From the NCBI GenBank assembly GCA_036986095.1, contig BTQX01000002.1, forward strand, positions 1-38,598: a stretch of 38,598 nucleotides of DNA. The letters are read 5' to 3'. Below, in pieces: positions 26,974-36,084 of this stretch; positions within the stretch are counted from its first letter, which is position 1; every line of letters begins with the position of its first letter. The stretch comes from Gammaproteobacteria bacterium. GTDB taxonomy: Bacteria > Pseudomonadota > Gammaproteobacteria > BMS3Bbin11. The position numbers and the translations under genes are program-made. The notes below the pieces were generated by a model, which had not been told where the DNA came from, searched no databases, and saw only the letters and a program-made list of their open reading frames with translations.

Positions 26974-27924
26974 TCAAATTTTGTCATCAACTAAATATCC
27001 TATAATGTCGTTTATATCTGATTGAGCCTTCCAGCCAAGTATATTCATCACCTTTTCCGGGTTAGCACGACTGATCGTTAGATCAGTCGGCCTCAATAGC
27101 GCATCATTTATTATGATATGTTTTTCATAATTTAATTCAAATGCCGCAAAAACCAATTCGATAAACTTGATCAGACTAATGCTTACACCTGTTGCGACTA
27201 CAAAATCATCAGCAGTATCTTGCTGTAACATCATCCACATCACCTCCACATATTCAGGTGCCCAACCCCAGTCACGAACGATGTTGACATTCCCTAACTC
27301 AAGCTTCTCTTTAGAACCCAGGGAAATTTGTCGTGCAGTATCGACAATTTTTCTTGTAACAAAACGTTTTGGTCGTAAATTTGATTCGTGATTAAACAGA
27401 GTACCTGAGCAGGCATATAAGCCATAAGCCTCACGATAATTTGACAATTGCCAGAAAGCAGCCGACTTGGCTACAGCATAAGGACTCCTCGGCTTAAATG
27501 TCGTATCCTCATTAGCTTTACCGTTTCCTGTATCTCCAAAACACTCGCTGGACCCCGCATTATAGAAACGAATATTACCCCCAAGAAAGCGTATTGTCTC
27601 GAGTATGTTAAGCGTGCCTATTACTATACTCTCGATGGTTTCTACTGGCTGCTCAAATGATAGTCCTACCGAACTTTGTCCCGCTAAAAAATAAACTTCA
27701 TTGGGCTCAGCTAAGCTAAATGCCTGAAGGACACTTCGAAAATCTGTTGGTGCCATTGATAACAAGCGTACGTCATTGAATATCCCCAGACGATGCAGAT
27801 TACCAAATAATGATATATTTGCATCACGTGATGTCCCATAAACATCGTAGCCTTTGAGTAATAAGAATTTAGCCAGATAGGCGCCATCCTGACCACTAAC
27901 ACCACAAATAAGAGCCCTCTTCAT
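26974..27924 (-). CDS. gmd: GDP-mannose 4,6-dehydratase
   Basis: GVSGQDGAYLAKFLLLKGYDVYG, RSPYAVAK, LFNHES, FVTRKI, RDWGWAPEYVEVMWMMLQQ and DFVVATG are all close matches to conserved E. coli/P. aeruginosa Gmd blocks. The start codon directly abuts the stop of the upstream GT4 gene. Confidence 0.9.
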   Translation of the reverse strand: MKRALICGVSGQDGAYLAKFLLLKGYDVYGTSRDANISLFGNLHRLGIFNDVRLLSMAPTDFRSVLQAFSLAEPNEVYFLAGQSSVGLSFEQPVETIESIVIGTLNILETIRFLGGNIRFYNAGSSECFGDTGNGKANEDTTFKPRSPYAVAKSAAFWQLSNYREAYGLYACSGTLFNHESNLRPKRFVTRKIVDTARQISLGSKEKLELGNVNIVRDWGWAPEYVEVMWMMLQQDTADDFVVATGVSISLIKFIELVFAAFELNYEKHIIINDALLRPTDLTISRANPEKVMNILGWKAQSDINDIIGYLVDDKI

Positions 27925-29040
27925 TCAGTAAGCTCGCAACGATTGTTCGTAAACATTTAAGGTTACTCTTGCACATTTTTCCCAGCTGAAAGAATGTATT
28001 CTTTTTGCACCTTTTTGCCGGAGATCCGTTAACAGGTCATTCGATTGTATTATTTTTTCGATCACGTCACGTATTGAGTCAGCATCCTCAGGATCAAAAA
28101 AAGCTGCTGCTGTCCCTGCAATTTCTGGAATAGAACCTGCATGACTACAGGCAACAGGGCAATTATTTGACATTGCTTCCAGCAGTGGGATTCCAAATCC
28201 CTCATACAATGATGGAAACACAAATAATTCAGCATCCTGATAATATTTAGCGAGTAATTGGTCGCCTCCGGCTATTTGCTTTATCTGTTTACTGGATAAC
28301 TTAAGTTCAAGAAAGCGTTCATTCTCACAAGCTTTAAACGGGCCTCCGCCAAAACAGACAACCATGAAGTTTTCTCGTAAGAATGATGAGGCTGCATACG
28401 CTTGCAGGAATTTTGTAAAGTTCTTGTATCCATGCCTTTCACCAACATAAAGTAGGTACTTCATATCGTCATAGCCAGCTTTTTTCTGAGGCATTTTCAC
28501 GTCACTAATTTGCATTTCAAAACCAAGATGCACAACACTAACCTTTTCCTCAGGTATATCATATAATTTCAATAAATCATTTTTTGTATTCTCAGATATA
28601 CAAATTACCCTGTCAGCTTTCTCTACCGCAGCCTTTTTCTGTTCTATGACCTGTAATTTTCCGGGGAAATTATCCGGAAATAATTCGTGAATCATGTCAT
28701 AGACAGTCACAACGTGTAGCGCTTTACGTGACCAGTTTATATATCGGGAGAAATAGGTTTCATGAATAATGTCAGGAGAAAAACTGCGCGCCTGAATTGC
28801 GCCGAGGAACTGATTGCCTGCACGTAAGTAATTTCCAAGTAAGGGGAGTCGATTTATCCGCCTTCCACTAACAATGCCGGCGGGTAGTTGATCAAGGTAG
28901 GCATTCAGGTGGAACGGGGCGATGATCTTTGCGTCAACCTCGGGCATTTTTGACAGTCCTGATGCAAGACTGGATATATATCGAGAAACACCTCCATATG
29001 TCTGTGAACTGAATATCTGGGAATCAAATAATACTTTCAT
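27925..29040 (-). CDS. GT4 glycosyltransferase (mannosyl/rhamnosyltransferase-like)
   Basis: N-terminus MKVLFDSQIFSSQTYGGVSRYI is typical of O-antigen mannosyltransferase-type GT4 enzymes. The C-terminal motif is FPSLYEGFGIPLLEAMSNNCPVACS (EX7E). Confidence 0.75.
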   Translation of the reverse strand: MKVLFDSQIFSSQTYGGVSRYISSLASGLSKMPEVDAKIIAPFHLNAYLDQLPAGIVSGRRINRLPLLGNYLRAGNQFLGAIQARSFSPDIIHETYFSRYINWSRKALHVVTVYDMIHELFPDNFPGKLQVIEQKKAAVEKADRVICISENTKNDLLKLYDIPEEKVSVVHLGFEMQISDVKMPQKKAGYDDMKYLLYVGERHGYKNFTKFLQAYAASSFLRENFMVVCFGGGPFKACENERFLELKLSSKQIKQIAGGDQLLAKYYQDAELFVFPSLYEGFGIPLLEAMSNNCPVACSHAGSIPEIAGTAAAFFDPEDADSIRDVIEKIIQSNDLLTDLRQKGAKRIHSFSWEKCARVTLNVYEQSLRAY

Positions 29041-29677
29041 AAATTTTCATACAGACAGATTAAGCATTTTCGATCATATCCTTTCAGCTACCCAGCCATC
29101 TTCTTCGGCCTCTGTAAATCCTCCAGAAAGTTTCTGCTTTCCATTGAATATTATCATCAATAGACTCAGAATAGTGAAACAAGCTGTATCGAATAATTTG
29201 TGCTGGAGCATTGACGCTTTATACACGACTAACATACTCAACCCGCAGGGAACTACTGGTATCCATGTAATACTGATGATGAATAAAAACTGATTCGGCC
29301 TTGTGATGGGTGGATCAAAATTCAGTATTGAGAAAATCACTTCTGCCGGATATTTCCGGAAGTACGGCTTACAGACAAACTCCGTACAGTAGCAGTTTCT
29401 TTCCTGCCTGAGCAGGCTGGGATTGAAGCGTGGGTCAAGCTTGCAGTGCAGCTTGACTCACCAACAGGGAGAAATGGCGTTTTTTTATTTTAAACCTGTC
29501 TGTTATAGTTATTTTCAAACAACTTTTCTGGACACGAGGGTTTGCTGTTTTAAAGAACTTTGTCCTGTGGAGAAATAAAAACGATTAATTTGAAATGGTG
29601 ATAGAAGAGGCGCTTTCCGTTTCTGTCTCGCCATCAATATCTGATAACAGTGAAATAAAATGATAGTGTAATAATCT

Positions 29678-29692
29678 ACTATCAGTGATAGT
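29678..29692. promoter_or_regulatory. 15-bp perfect palindrome ACTATCAGTGATAGT (tetO-like operator core) with flanking TGATAG half-sites
   Basis: The central 13 nt CTATCAGTGATAG are identical to the core of the TetR operator. Extra TGATAG half-sites are at 29661-29666 and 29698-29703. It lies about 180 nt upstream of the RmlC-like gene, in an 0.8-kb non-coding strand-switch region. Confidence 0.4.
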
Positions 29693-29868
29693 CGCCATGA
29701 TAGAAGTCTGTATGTTCGCACTTCCAGGCTTCATAACACCAGTCAAGGAATATACCGGTTTTAGATTTTCAATCGAAAATGATGAAGAGAGAAAATTTCA
29801 GATAAAGGTATATAGGGAGCCTGATATTCCTCATTTTAATCCAAAGGAAAAATCCAACTTGCAGCATC

Positions 29869-30399
29869 ATGAAAGTACAACCTCTGAAAATTAATGATAT
29901 GTGCTTACTTGAAGAAGAAGTATTTCAGGATAATCGGGGTTCTTTTGAGGTGTTCTGGGAATCTGAGTGGGTCACAGACTTGCTGCCTGATTTTTCAATT
30001 ACAAGCGCTCATCATTCTTATAACAGGAAATCTGGCACGATACGTGGACTACACTACCAGGCTTCACCTGACCAACAGACGAAGATAGTTTCTTGTGTGG
30101 CGGGTAAGGTTTGGGATGTTGTAGTCGATATGAGAAAGAATTCAACGACTTATCTTAAATGGTCTACAGTTGAGCTGGAAGCCGGTACTGGCAGGTCGCT
30201 CATGATACCTGGAGGGTGTGCGCATGGATTTGTAACTCTGATGGATTGCACAACTATTGCATATCTTATTGACGGGGAATACGAGCCATCTTCAGCCCGG
30301 ACAGTAAGATGGGATGACCCCCTGCTGAATATTCCCTGGCCAGTTTCTGACCCGATACTTTCCGAGCGCGATCGAAATTCACCGATGATCTGTCAATAA
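29869..30399 (+). CDS. NDP-4-keto-6-deoxyhexose 3,5-epimerase family protein (RmlC-like cupin)
   Basis: FQDNRGSFEVFW, RGLHYQ, KIVSCVAGKVWDVVVDMR and GCAHGF match the RmlC-family blocks (DxRGxF, RGLHxQ, KLVRxxxGxxxDVxVDxR, GxAHGF). Confidence 0.85.
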   Translation: MKVQPLKINDMCLLEEEVFQDNRGSFEVFWESEWVTDLLPDFSITSAHHSYNRKSGTIRGLHYQASPDQQTKIVSCVAGKVWDVVVDMRKNSTTYLKWSTVELEAGTGRSLMIPGGCAHGFVTLMDCTTIAYLIDGEYEPSSARTVRWDDPLLNIPWPVSDPILSERDRNSPMICQ

Positions 30400-31322
30400 T
30401 GAAAGTACTTGTAACTGGCGCGAGTGGATTCCTGGGGAATACTGTGATTAATCCACTTATTCAGCGAGGGCATGAAATAGTTGCACTTAACCGCCGGACA
30501 ATAGATCAAAATAAGGTTAAAGTGTCATGGGTGAAAGGAGATATTCATTCACCTGCAGAAATTGATACTATAATAAAGACTGAGAAACCCGAAGGTTTAT
30601 TGCATCTGGCATGGGACACCACTCACGGTAACTACTGGAACAGCAACAGAAACTTATGCTGGACAGCGGCAAGTTTGTATTTAGCTGAGTCATTTATTCG
30701 ACATGGCGGGAAGCGGATTGTAGTAGCAGGAACAAGTGCTGAATATAAATGGGGTCACAATCGATTACTGGAAGAAAATAAATCAGAATTTTCCCCTGAT
30801 AGCCTATACGGAATAAACAAGTACTCGTTGCGCGAAATTATTCAGGCAAGTACGATCCTGAACGATGTATCATGGGCATGGGGACATATATTTAATATTT
30901 TCGGTCCGGGTGAGAAGAGAGAACGCCTGATACCCAGAGTCATTGTAAAACTGCTTAACGATGAAAAAATTATTTTTGATGATGGAATGCTCTACAGAGA
31001 TTTTCTATATGTTGACGACGCGGGTAGTGCTTTCGCTGCCTTATTCGATTGCAATGTCCAGGGGTCTGTAAATATTGCTTCAGGCAAGGCAATATCAGTA
31101 AGATATCTGGTACAGACAATTGCAAAAATACTAGGAAAACCAGGCCTTGTTCAGTTTGATGAGCATAAATCATTAACCACTGAGCCTGCCTACGTTGTCG
31201 GCTCTGTTGAGAGACTTAGAAAGGAAGTTCGCTGGTCTCCGGAAATAAATTTTTATCAACGACTGCAGTACACCTGTGACTGGTGGAAAAATAGCATAAA
31301 AGAAAATATTGAGGAAATATGA
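30399..31322 (+). CDS. NAD(P)-dependent epimerase/dehydratase family SDR (probable 4-ketoreductase)
   Basis: MKVLVTGASGFLGN Rossmann motif and catalytic YGINK (YxxxK). 307 aa. The start overlaps the stop of the epimerase gene (TAATG). Confidence 0.75.
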   Translation: MKVLVTGASGFLGNTVINPLIQRGHEIVALNRRTIDQNKVKVSWVKGDIHSPAEIDTIIKTEKPEGLLHLAWDTTHGNYWNSNRNLCWTAASLYLAESFIRHGGKRIVVAGTSAEYKWGHNRLLEENKSEFSPDSLYGINKYSLREIIQASTILNDVSWAWGHIFNIFGPGEKRERLIPRVIVKLLNDEKIIFDDGMLYRDFLYVDDAGSAFAALFDCNVQGSVNIASGKAISVRYLVQTIAKILGKPGLVQFDEHKSLTTEPAYVVGSVERLRKEVRWSPEINFYQRLQYTCDWWKNSIKENIEEI

Positions 31323-32560
31323 AAAATTATAAGTGCATGAATTGCCGCAGTACAAATATCGAACGATTTATCGATCTTGGCCGGCAACCCAATGGTAATC
31401 ATTTTCCATCATCTGGCGAAGTTGAATCTGAGCCTAAATTTCCTTTTGCTATGGCTGTATGTCAGGATTGTTGGCAAGTACAGATAGAAGAATTTCCTTC
31501 AGCTGAGTTTATGTTTACAAACCATCCATACATAACAGGAGTAAACATGCCTGTCGTGACACATTTTGACACGATGGTGACAAGGACTATCGAGAAATTT
31601 AACATATCCGAAAATAGCCTTATTCTGGATATTGGAGCGAATGATGGGACATTGCTATCAAACTTCCGCAGAAAAGGTATGCGTGTTCTGGGAATAGATC
31701 CTGGGCAAAGAACAGGAAGACTTGCCAAGGAGAATGGCATTACAGTATGTGAAACATTCTGGGACAAAAATACGGCTAATAGCTTAAAGCAGCTTGGTAT
31801 CCAGCCAGATCTAATAACAGCTACTGCTGTTTTCTATCATGTAGAAGACATACACAGCTTCGTTGAAGGGCTATCGAACTTAATGGACGAAAATACGGTA
31901 TTCCTGACGCAGTGCGTGTATCTCAAGGATGTCATCGAGAAAGTACAGTTCGATCACTTTTATCATGAGCACACGATGATACATGCGATTGCTCCTTTGA
32001 AAAGGCTTTTTGGAGAATATGGCCTGAAAATACTTGATGTGGATTTCTACTCTGTTCACGGTGGCTCGTTTGTTCTATATGTTGGTAAGGATGGATCTCC
32101 ATATAAATCATCGCCCAATGTCCAGAAAGCAATTCATGCTGAGAAAGAGGCAGGGTTGCAAGATATGTCCACGTACATGAAATTCACTAAATGTGTGGAA
32201 AAAAATAGAGATGACCTTAACGCGTTATTAGATAAGATAACTGCTGAGGGAAAGTCAATATATGCCCTTGGTGCACCATTAAAAGGAAGTACGTTGCTGA
32301 ACTATTGCGGAATCGGAACGGACTCAATAAAGCTTGCAACTGAGGTAAACCGGTTCAAAATCGGCAAATTAACACCAGGCACTCACATTCCGATAGTTTA
32401 TGAGGAATCAATCGGAGAACAGCCGGATTATTACCTGGTACTATCCTGGAACTTTCTCGATTACTTCATCGATAAATATAAAGACTATTTGAGAGCAGGA
32501 GGTCAGTTTATTATCCCTCACCCGGAAGTCAGAGTTATTGGCCATAAAACAGAACTGTAA
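31319..32560 (+). CDS. NDP-hexose C-methyltransferase (TylCIII/TcaB9-like)
   Basis: An N-terminal four-Cys zinc ribbon (CMNC ... CQDC) is followed by the SAM motif ILDIGANDGTLL and a C-terminal domain of about 150 aa. This three-domain layout is characteristic of sugar C-3 methyltransferases. ATGA overlap with the upstream SDR gene. Confidence 0.7.
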   Translation: MKNYKCMNCRSTNIERFIDLGRQPNGNHFPSSGEVESEPKFPFAMAVCQDCWQVQIEEFPSAEFMFTNHPYITGVNMPVVTHFDTMVTRTIEKFNISENSLILDIGANDGTLLSNFRRKGMRVLGIDPGQRTGRLAKENGITVCETFWDKNTANSLKQLGIQPDLITATAVFYHVEDIHSFVEGLSNLMDENTVFLTQCVYLKDVIEKVQFDHFYHEHTMIHAIAPLKRLFGEYGLKILDVDFYSVHGGSFVLYVGKDGSPYKSSPNVQKAIHAEKEAGLQDMSTYMKFTKCVEKNRDDLNALLDKITAEGKSIYALGAPLKGSTLLNYCGIGTDSIKLATEVNRFKIGKLTPGTHIPIVYEESIGEQPDYYLVLSWNFLDYFIDKYKDYLRAGGQFIIPHPEVRVIGHKTEL

Positions 32561-32593
32561 CAATTAAGACTGAAACTACGCAGGTTTGGCAGG

Positions 32594-33826
32594 ATGGTAA
32601 GTCGCTTATTGATTGTTGAGGAAGCCTTGAAAAATCGAAATGGCCATTGGTATGAATATACTAAGGCTATTATTGAAGAAGCAAGGTCTCGCGGGATTGA
32701 TGTAACACTACTTGTACACAAAGATATAGAGACAGATATTTGTGATGAGTTAGGAGCGACACCCTGGTTTCCTGTGACCAGTTGGGATCAAGTGTACAGC
32801 CGTTCAAATCCAGCAATACGATATTTTGGGTTTTTAAGACACAACTTCCTGGTTGCACGATGGATGACACGGCATTTCAGGAAAAACCCACCTTATGACA
32901 TTGTGTTAGTACCCACGGTCGTTCTCTATCATTGGTTGGCCTGGCGATGGCTGGTTATTCCAGGATCAGGTTTCTGGTTTAAGAAAGTTACTCTAACCAT
33001 AAGAACTAATGTCGGGAAATACAACCCGGAAAAAAATAGTTACAGCTTTAATTTATCAACGAAAATATTTGGAAAAATATTAAAAACATTTAAACAGTTA
33101 GTAAAAAATAACAAAGTGGTATTTGCAACTGATAGCGATAAACTTGCAGAACAATATCAGCTATTATCCGGCATTCCATTCAGAACCTACCCTCATCCGC
33201 GGACTATAAAAAATCTGCCTGAGAGAGATAGTAAGGCAATCAAGGATAAGTGCATCGTGTTATCGGCTTTAGGCCCGCCACGATACGAAAAAGGTAGTGA
33301 TTTAATCATTGGCGCGGTGAGCAACCTCATAAAATACACTCCACAACTACCTGTAAAGTTCGTACTGCACTGGAATAAAACCGACGTTCTCCATGACGGA
33401 AATGAGGTATGTATTCCAGATGAAATCAATGAAGCGGGAAATATCGAAATTATTCGTAATAATATGAGTAGTCAGGAATATCAGAAAAGAATCGATGAGA
33501 CAGACTTGATGCTTCTGCCATATCGGCGTCATGAATATCATGACAGGCTATCCGGTGTCGCAATTGAAGCCTTTCAGTCAGGTGCCTCATGTATTTGTAT
33601 CTCAAATACATGGATAGAAGATTGTATGAATGAGGTTGGTTCCGGTATATCCATCAAAGAGGAGTCAGTGGATTCCCTTACCCGGGGAATTCTGGAATAC
33701 ATTGAAAACTACGAAAAATTTAAATTATTGGCAAATAACAATATACAAACGGCCCGGAATTTTCATTCATCGGCAGCCTTTGTAGATACCTTGTTCGATA
33801 TCCAACCGCACCAGTGTCCGGACTAA
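32594..33826 (+). CDS. Hypothetical protein, possible GT-B fold glycosyltransferase
   Basis: 410 aa, last gene of the + strand sugar operon. The C-terminal segment LLPYRRHEYHDRLSGVAIEAFQSGASCICIS loosely resembles the GT4 E-x7-E donor-binding region. The assignment is weak. Confidence 0.35.
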   Translation: MVSRLLIVEEALKNRNGHWYEYTKAIIEEARSRGIDVTLLVHKDIETDICDELGATPWFPVTSWDQVYSRSNPAIRYFGFLRHNFLVARWMTRHFRKNPPYDIVLVPTVVLYHWLAWRWLVIPGSGFWFKKVTLTIRTNVGKYNPEKNSYSFNLSTKIFGKILKTFKQLVKNNKVVFATDSDKLAEQYQLLSGIPFRTYPHPRTIKNLPERDSKAIKDKCIVLSALGPPRYEKGSDLIIGAVSNLIKYTPQLPVKFVLHWNKTDVLHDGNEVCIPDEINEAGNIEIIRNNMSSQEYQKRIDETDLMLLPYRRHEYHDRLSGVAIEAFQSGASCICISNTWIEDCMNEVGSGISIKEESVDSLTRGILEYIENYEKFKLLANNNIQTARNFHSSAAFVDTLFDIQPHQCPD

Positions 33827-33996
33827 GAGACTGGAATCAAGTCATGGGAATTCTGATTGGATGATTTCAATACAGAAATACGTCTTTGAAAGCTGTTTCC
33901 TGTATGAAAAGATTCAAGGTAAGGGTACCTTAATCAGCACTTGTCTGACTCAATCCCGCATACACAGGAAGCCGAACAACAGATGATTCAGCACAT

Positions 33997-35346
33997 TTAC
34001 TCCTCACGGCCTTTTACAAGAAGGTACGAATAGAATGCCCGGGTTTTCATCCTGAATATAGCCCTTGTTTTCCTGTTGAATAAATCAAATATATAGGCCG
34101 CGACAAAATGAGACAGGAGTGTGCCAATAGCTGCACCTGTAACACCTATCCATGGAATCAGGAATAAATTCAAAACAATGTTTACAACTACACCTGCCAG
34201 TGACCTGTATAAAAAAAGTTTTTGAAGGTTTTCATTAACAAGCCACATGCTGCTGGCGATTCCCAATGATACAAATATTCCTGACCAGATAAGCACTACG
34301 AGAACAGAGCCTGCATCCGCATATTCTGAACCAAATAATAATGTAACTACCCAGTCAGAGAAAAAACTTACCAGTATTGCAACAGCAATACCAAGCATGA
34401 CCACCAAATTAAAAAGTTTTTGGAAAGATGCTATATATTTACTCTCACTCTTATCTTTTAACTTTATCACTGACGGGAATACCGATGTGGCGATAGCCAT
34501 GGGTACGAAATACCACACCTCGCTGATGCGCACAGCAGCACTGTATATACCAACGGCACTGTTACCAAGCATTTGCCCCAGCATAATTTGATCAATACGC
34601 ATATAGACAATAATTGCCATTCCAGTAAATAACAATGGCCAACTGTCCCGTAACAGGGTTTTGCTGCGTTGATAGTTAAATTTCCAGGAGCCGCTCCCCT
34701 CGGCCCGCCAGATATACACAGCAAATAATCCTATGAAAACCGATAGACTACTCGCCACAGTCACCCACACAAACCCCATAATGGGTGCCTGATACAGGAT
34801 CAGAAGAACCTGTGCGGCTGACATAAGAAGAAATGCACCATTCTCCACCCAGACGGTATATTTCGACATTACCTGGGATTCAAACCAGTACTTAACAACT
34901 TCAGATGCTTTAAATACCAGAGTAAGTCCCAAAACCATGACGATCAGGCGAAGCAAATCGTTCTCTGGCTGAAGCAGAATGATAGTAACCACAACAAGTA
35001 TATATGCCAGAATGCCAGACAGGAACTGAAGTAAAAAAGCTGTTCCTAAAATTGTATTTGCATTTTCTGGCTGATTTACCAGTTCACGTACCACCAGGCC
35101 GCTAAAACCCAGACTGGCAACAACGCCAAAAAGTGCAACAAATGCCATTGCATAGTTAAGCAGGCCAAACATTTCCGGGCCAAGATATCGAGCCACCCAT
35201 ATGCCGACTATCACGCCTACCCCCATGCGTAATAGTTTGTCTCCAAATAGCCAGGAGGTATTTAATATAATATCCTGCAGGCTTTTACTGTTTCTGATAC
35301 TCTGCTGCAAATTGACTGGCAACAAATTGAAAATAGTCTTTTTCAA
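33997..35346 (-). CDS. wzx: Polysaccharide/oligosaccharide flippase (Wzx, MOP superfamily)
   Basis: 449 aa with about 12-14 TM segments. The N-terminus NTSWLFGDKLLRMGVGVIVGIWVARYLGPEMFGLLNYAMAF is typical of Wzx-type polysaccharide biosynthesis proteins. TTG start as listed. Confidence 0.75.
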   Translation of the reverse strand: MKKTIFNLLPVNLQQSIRNSKSLQDIILNTSWLFGDKLLRMGVGVIVGIWVARYLGPEMFGLLNYAMAFVALFGVVASLGFSGLVVRELVNQPENANTILGTAFLLQFLSGILAYILVVVTIILLQPENDLLRLIVMVLGLTLVFKASEVVKYWFESQVMSKYTVWVENGAFLLMSAAQVLLILYQAPIMGFVWVTVASSLSVFIGLFAVYIWRAEGSGSWKFNYQRSKTLLRDSWPLLFTGMAIIVYMRIDQIMLGQMLGNSAVGIYSAAVRISEVWYFVPMAIATSVFPSVIKLKDKSESKYIASFQKLFNLVVMLGIAVAILVSFFSDWVVTLLFGSEYADAGSVLVVLIWSGIFVSLGIASSMWLVNENLQKLFLYRSLAGVVVNIVLNLFLIPWIGVTGAAIGTLLSHFVAAYIFDLFNRKTRAIFRMKTRAFYSYLLVKGREE

Positions 35347-35384
35347 GGTAAAATTATCGTAGTTATTACTGGCTTATTTCAGTA

Positions 35385-35951
35385 TTAATGTTCAACTTCT
35401 TCTGCCTTCTCTTTTCCTTCCCATATCAAAAGCACTGCTCTGTTCTCCATGATCTTTGAATCTTTTTTAAATTCTTCAGGTGTGAATACCAGCGTTCTTA
35501 TCTTTCGTTGTATATACTTTTCAGTTTTTCTGACAAGGTCTCTCAGATTAACCCAGTCAATATCACCAACTAGAACCAGATCAATCAATCCACTATCTTT
35601 TCCTTCTGCATAATCATCAACCACGAAAGCTAGCTCAAGATTTCCAAGACGCATCGCTATACTCTCCAGTATCCTGTCCATACCCATGGCCTTTTTCACC
35701 ATCGAGTGCAGTTCAGGAAACAAGCTATGGCTCGTATTGGCAGAATAGTTTATTTGTCGTCCCCCTTTTTCTCTACTTAACAAACCGACACTACTAAGGT
35801 TGTCGAGCTCTTCCTTGATCTGGCTCGGGGATACGTCGAACTCCTTGGCCAGTTCACGAAGATAGGCATTCTGATCCGGGTTTAGGAACAAACGCATGAG
35901 AATGCGGGCACGCACCTTTGAGGTAATCAGACCATTGAAGACATCTAGCAT
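35385..35951 (-). CDS. Winged-helix (ArsR-like) transcriptional regulator with a C-terminal nucleotidyltransferase-like domain
   Basis: N-terminus SKVRARILMRLFLNPDQNAYLRELAKEFDVSPSQIKEELDNLSSVGLL is an ArsR/wHTH pattern. The C-terminus YAEGKDSGLIDLVLVGD resembles the GS-x-DxD motif of the minimal nucleotidyltransferase fold. There is no SD; the ATG abuts the heptamer repeat. Confidence 0.6.
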   Translation of the reverse strand: MLDVFNGLITSKVRARILMRLFLNPDQNAYLRELAKEFDVSPSQIKEELDNLSSVGLLSREKGGRQINYSANTSHSLFPELHSMVKKAMGMDRILESIAMRLGNLELAFVVDDYAEGKDSGLIDLVLVGDIDWVNLRDLVRKTEKYIQRKIRTLVFTPEEFKKDSKIMENRAVLLIWEGKEKAEEVEH

Positions 35952-36041
35952 ACGGGTTACGGGTTACGGGTTACGGGTTACGGGTTACGGGTTACGGGTT
36001 ACGGGTTACGGGTTACGGGTTACGGGTTACGGGTTACGGGT
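35951..36041. repeat. Perfect tandem heptanucleotide repeat (TACGGGT) x13
   Basis: I counted 13 uninterrupted 7-nt units from 35951 to 36041. The first base is the complement of the A of the regulator's ATG. Confidence 0.95.
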
Positions 36042-36084
36042 GCTGCCATAGCTACCGCAGCCACATATCGTTCTGTTTTATAGA

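Noticed and set aside
29074-29340. 88-aa GTG-initiated hydrophobic ORF upstream of the GT4 gene (possible GtrA-like small membrane protein)
   Set aside because: It has no recognisable motif, a weak start context, and is shorter than GtrA-family proteins. It cannot be supported from sequence alone, though it is worth a profile search.
29341-29868. JUMPstart/ops (RfaH) element upstream of the sugar operon
   Set aside because: I looked for the ops core GGCGGTAG and found only a weak resemblance (CCGTACAGTAGCAG at 29382-29395), which is not a match.
35951-36041. The heptamer tract as a CRISPR array or telomere-like sequence
   Set aside because: The units are contiguous 7-mers with no spacers, and no cas genes are present. 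The context is an ordinary bacterial intergenic region.
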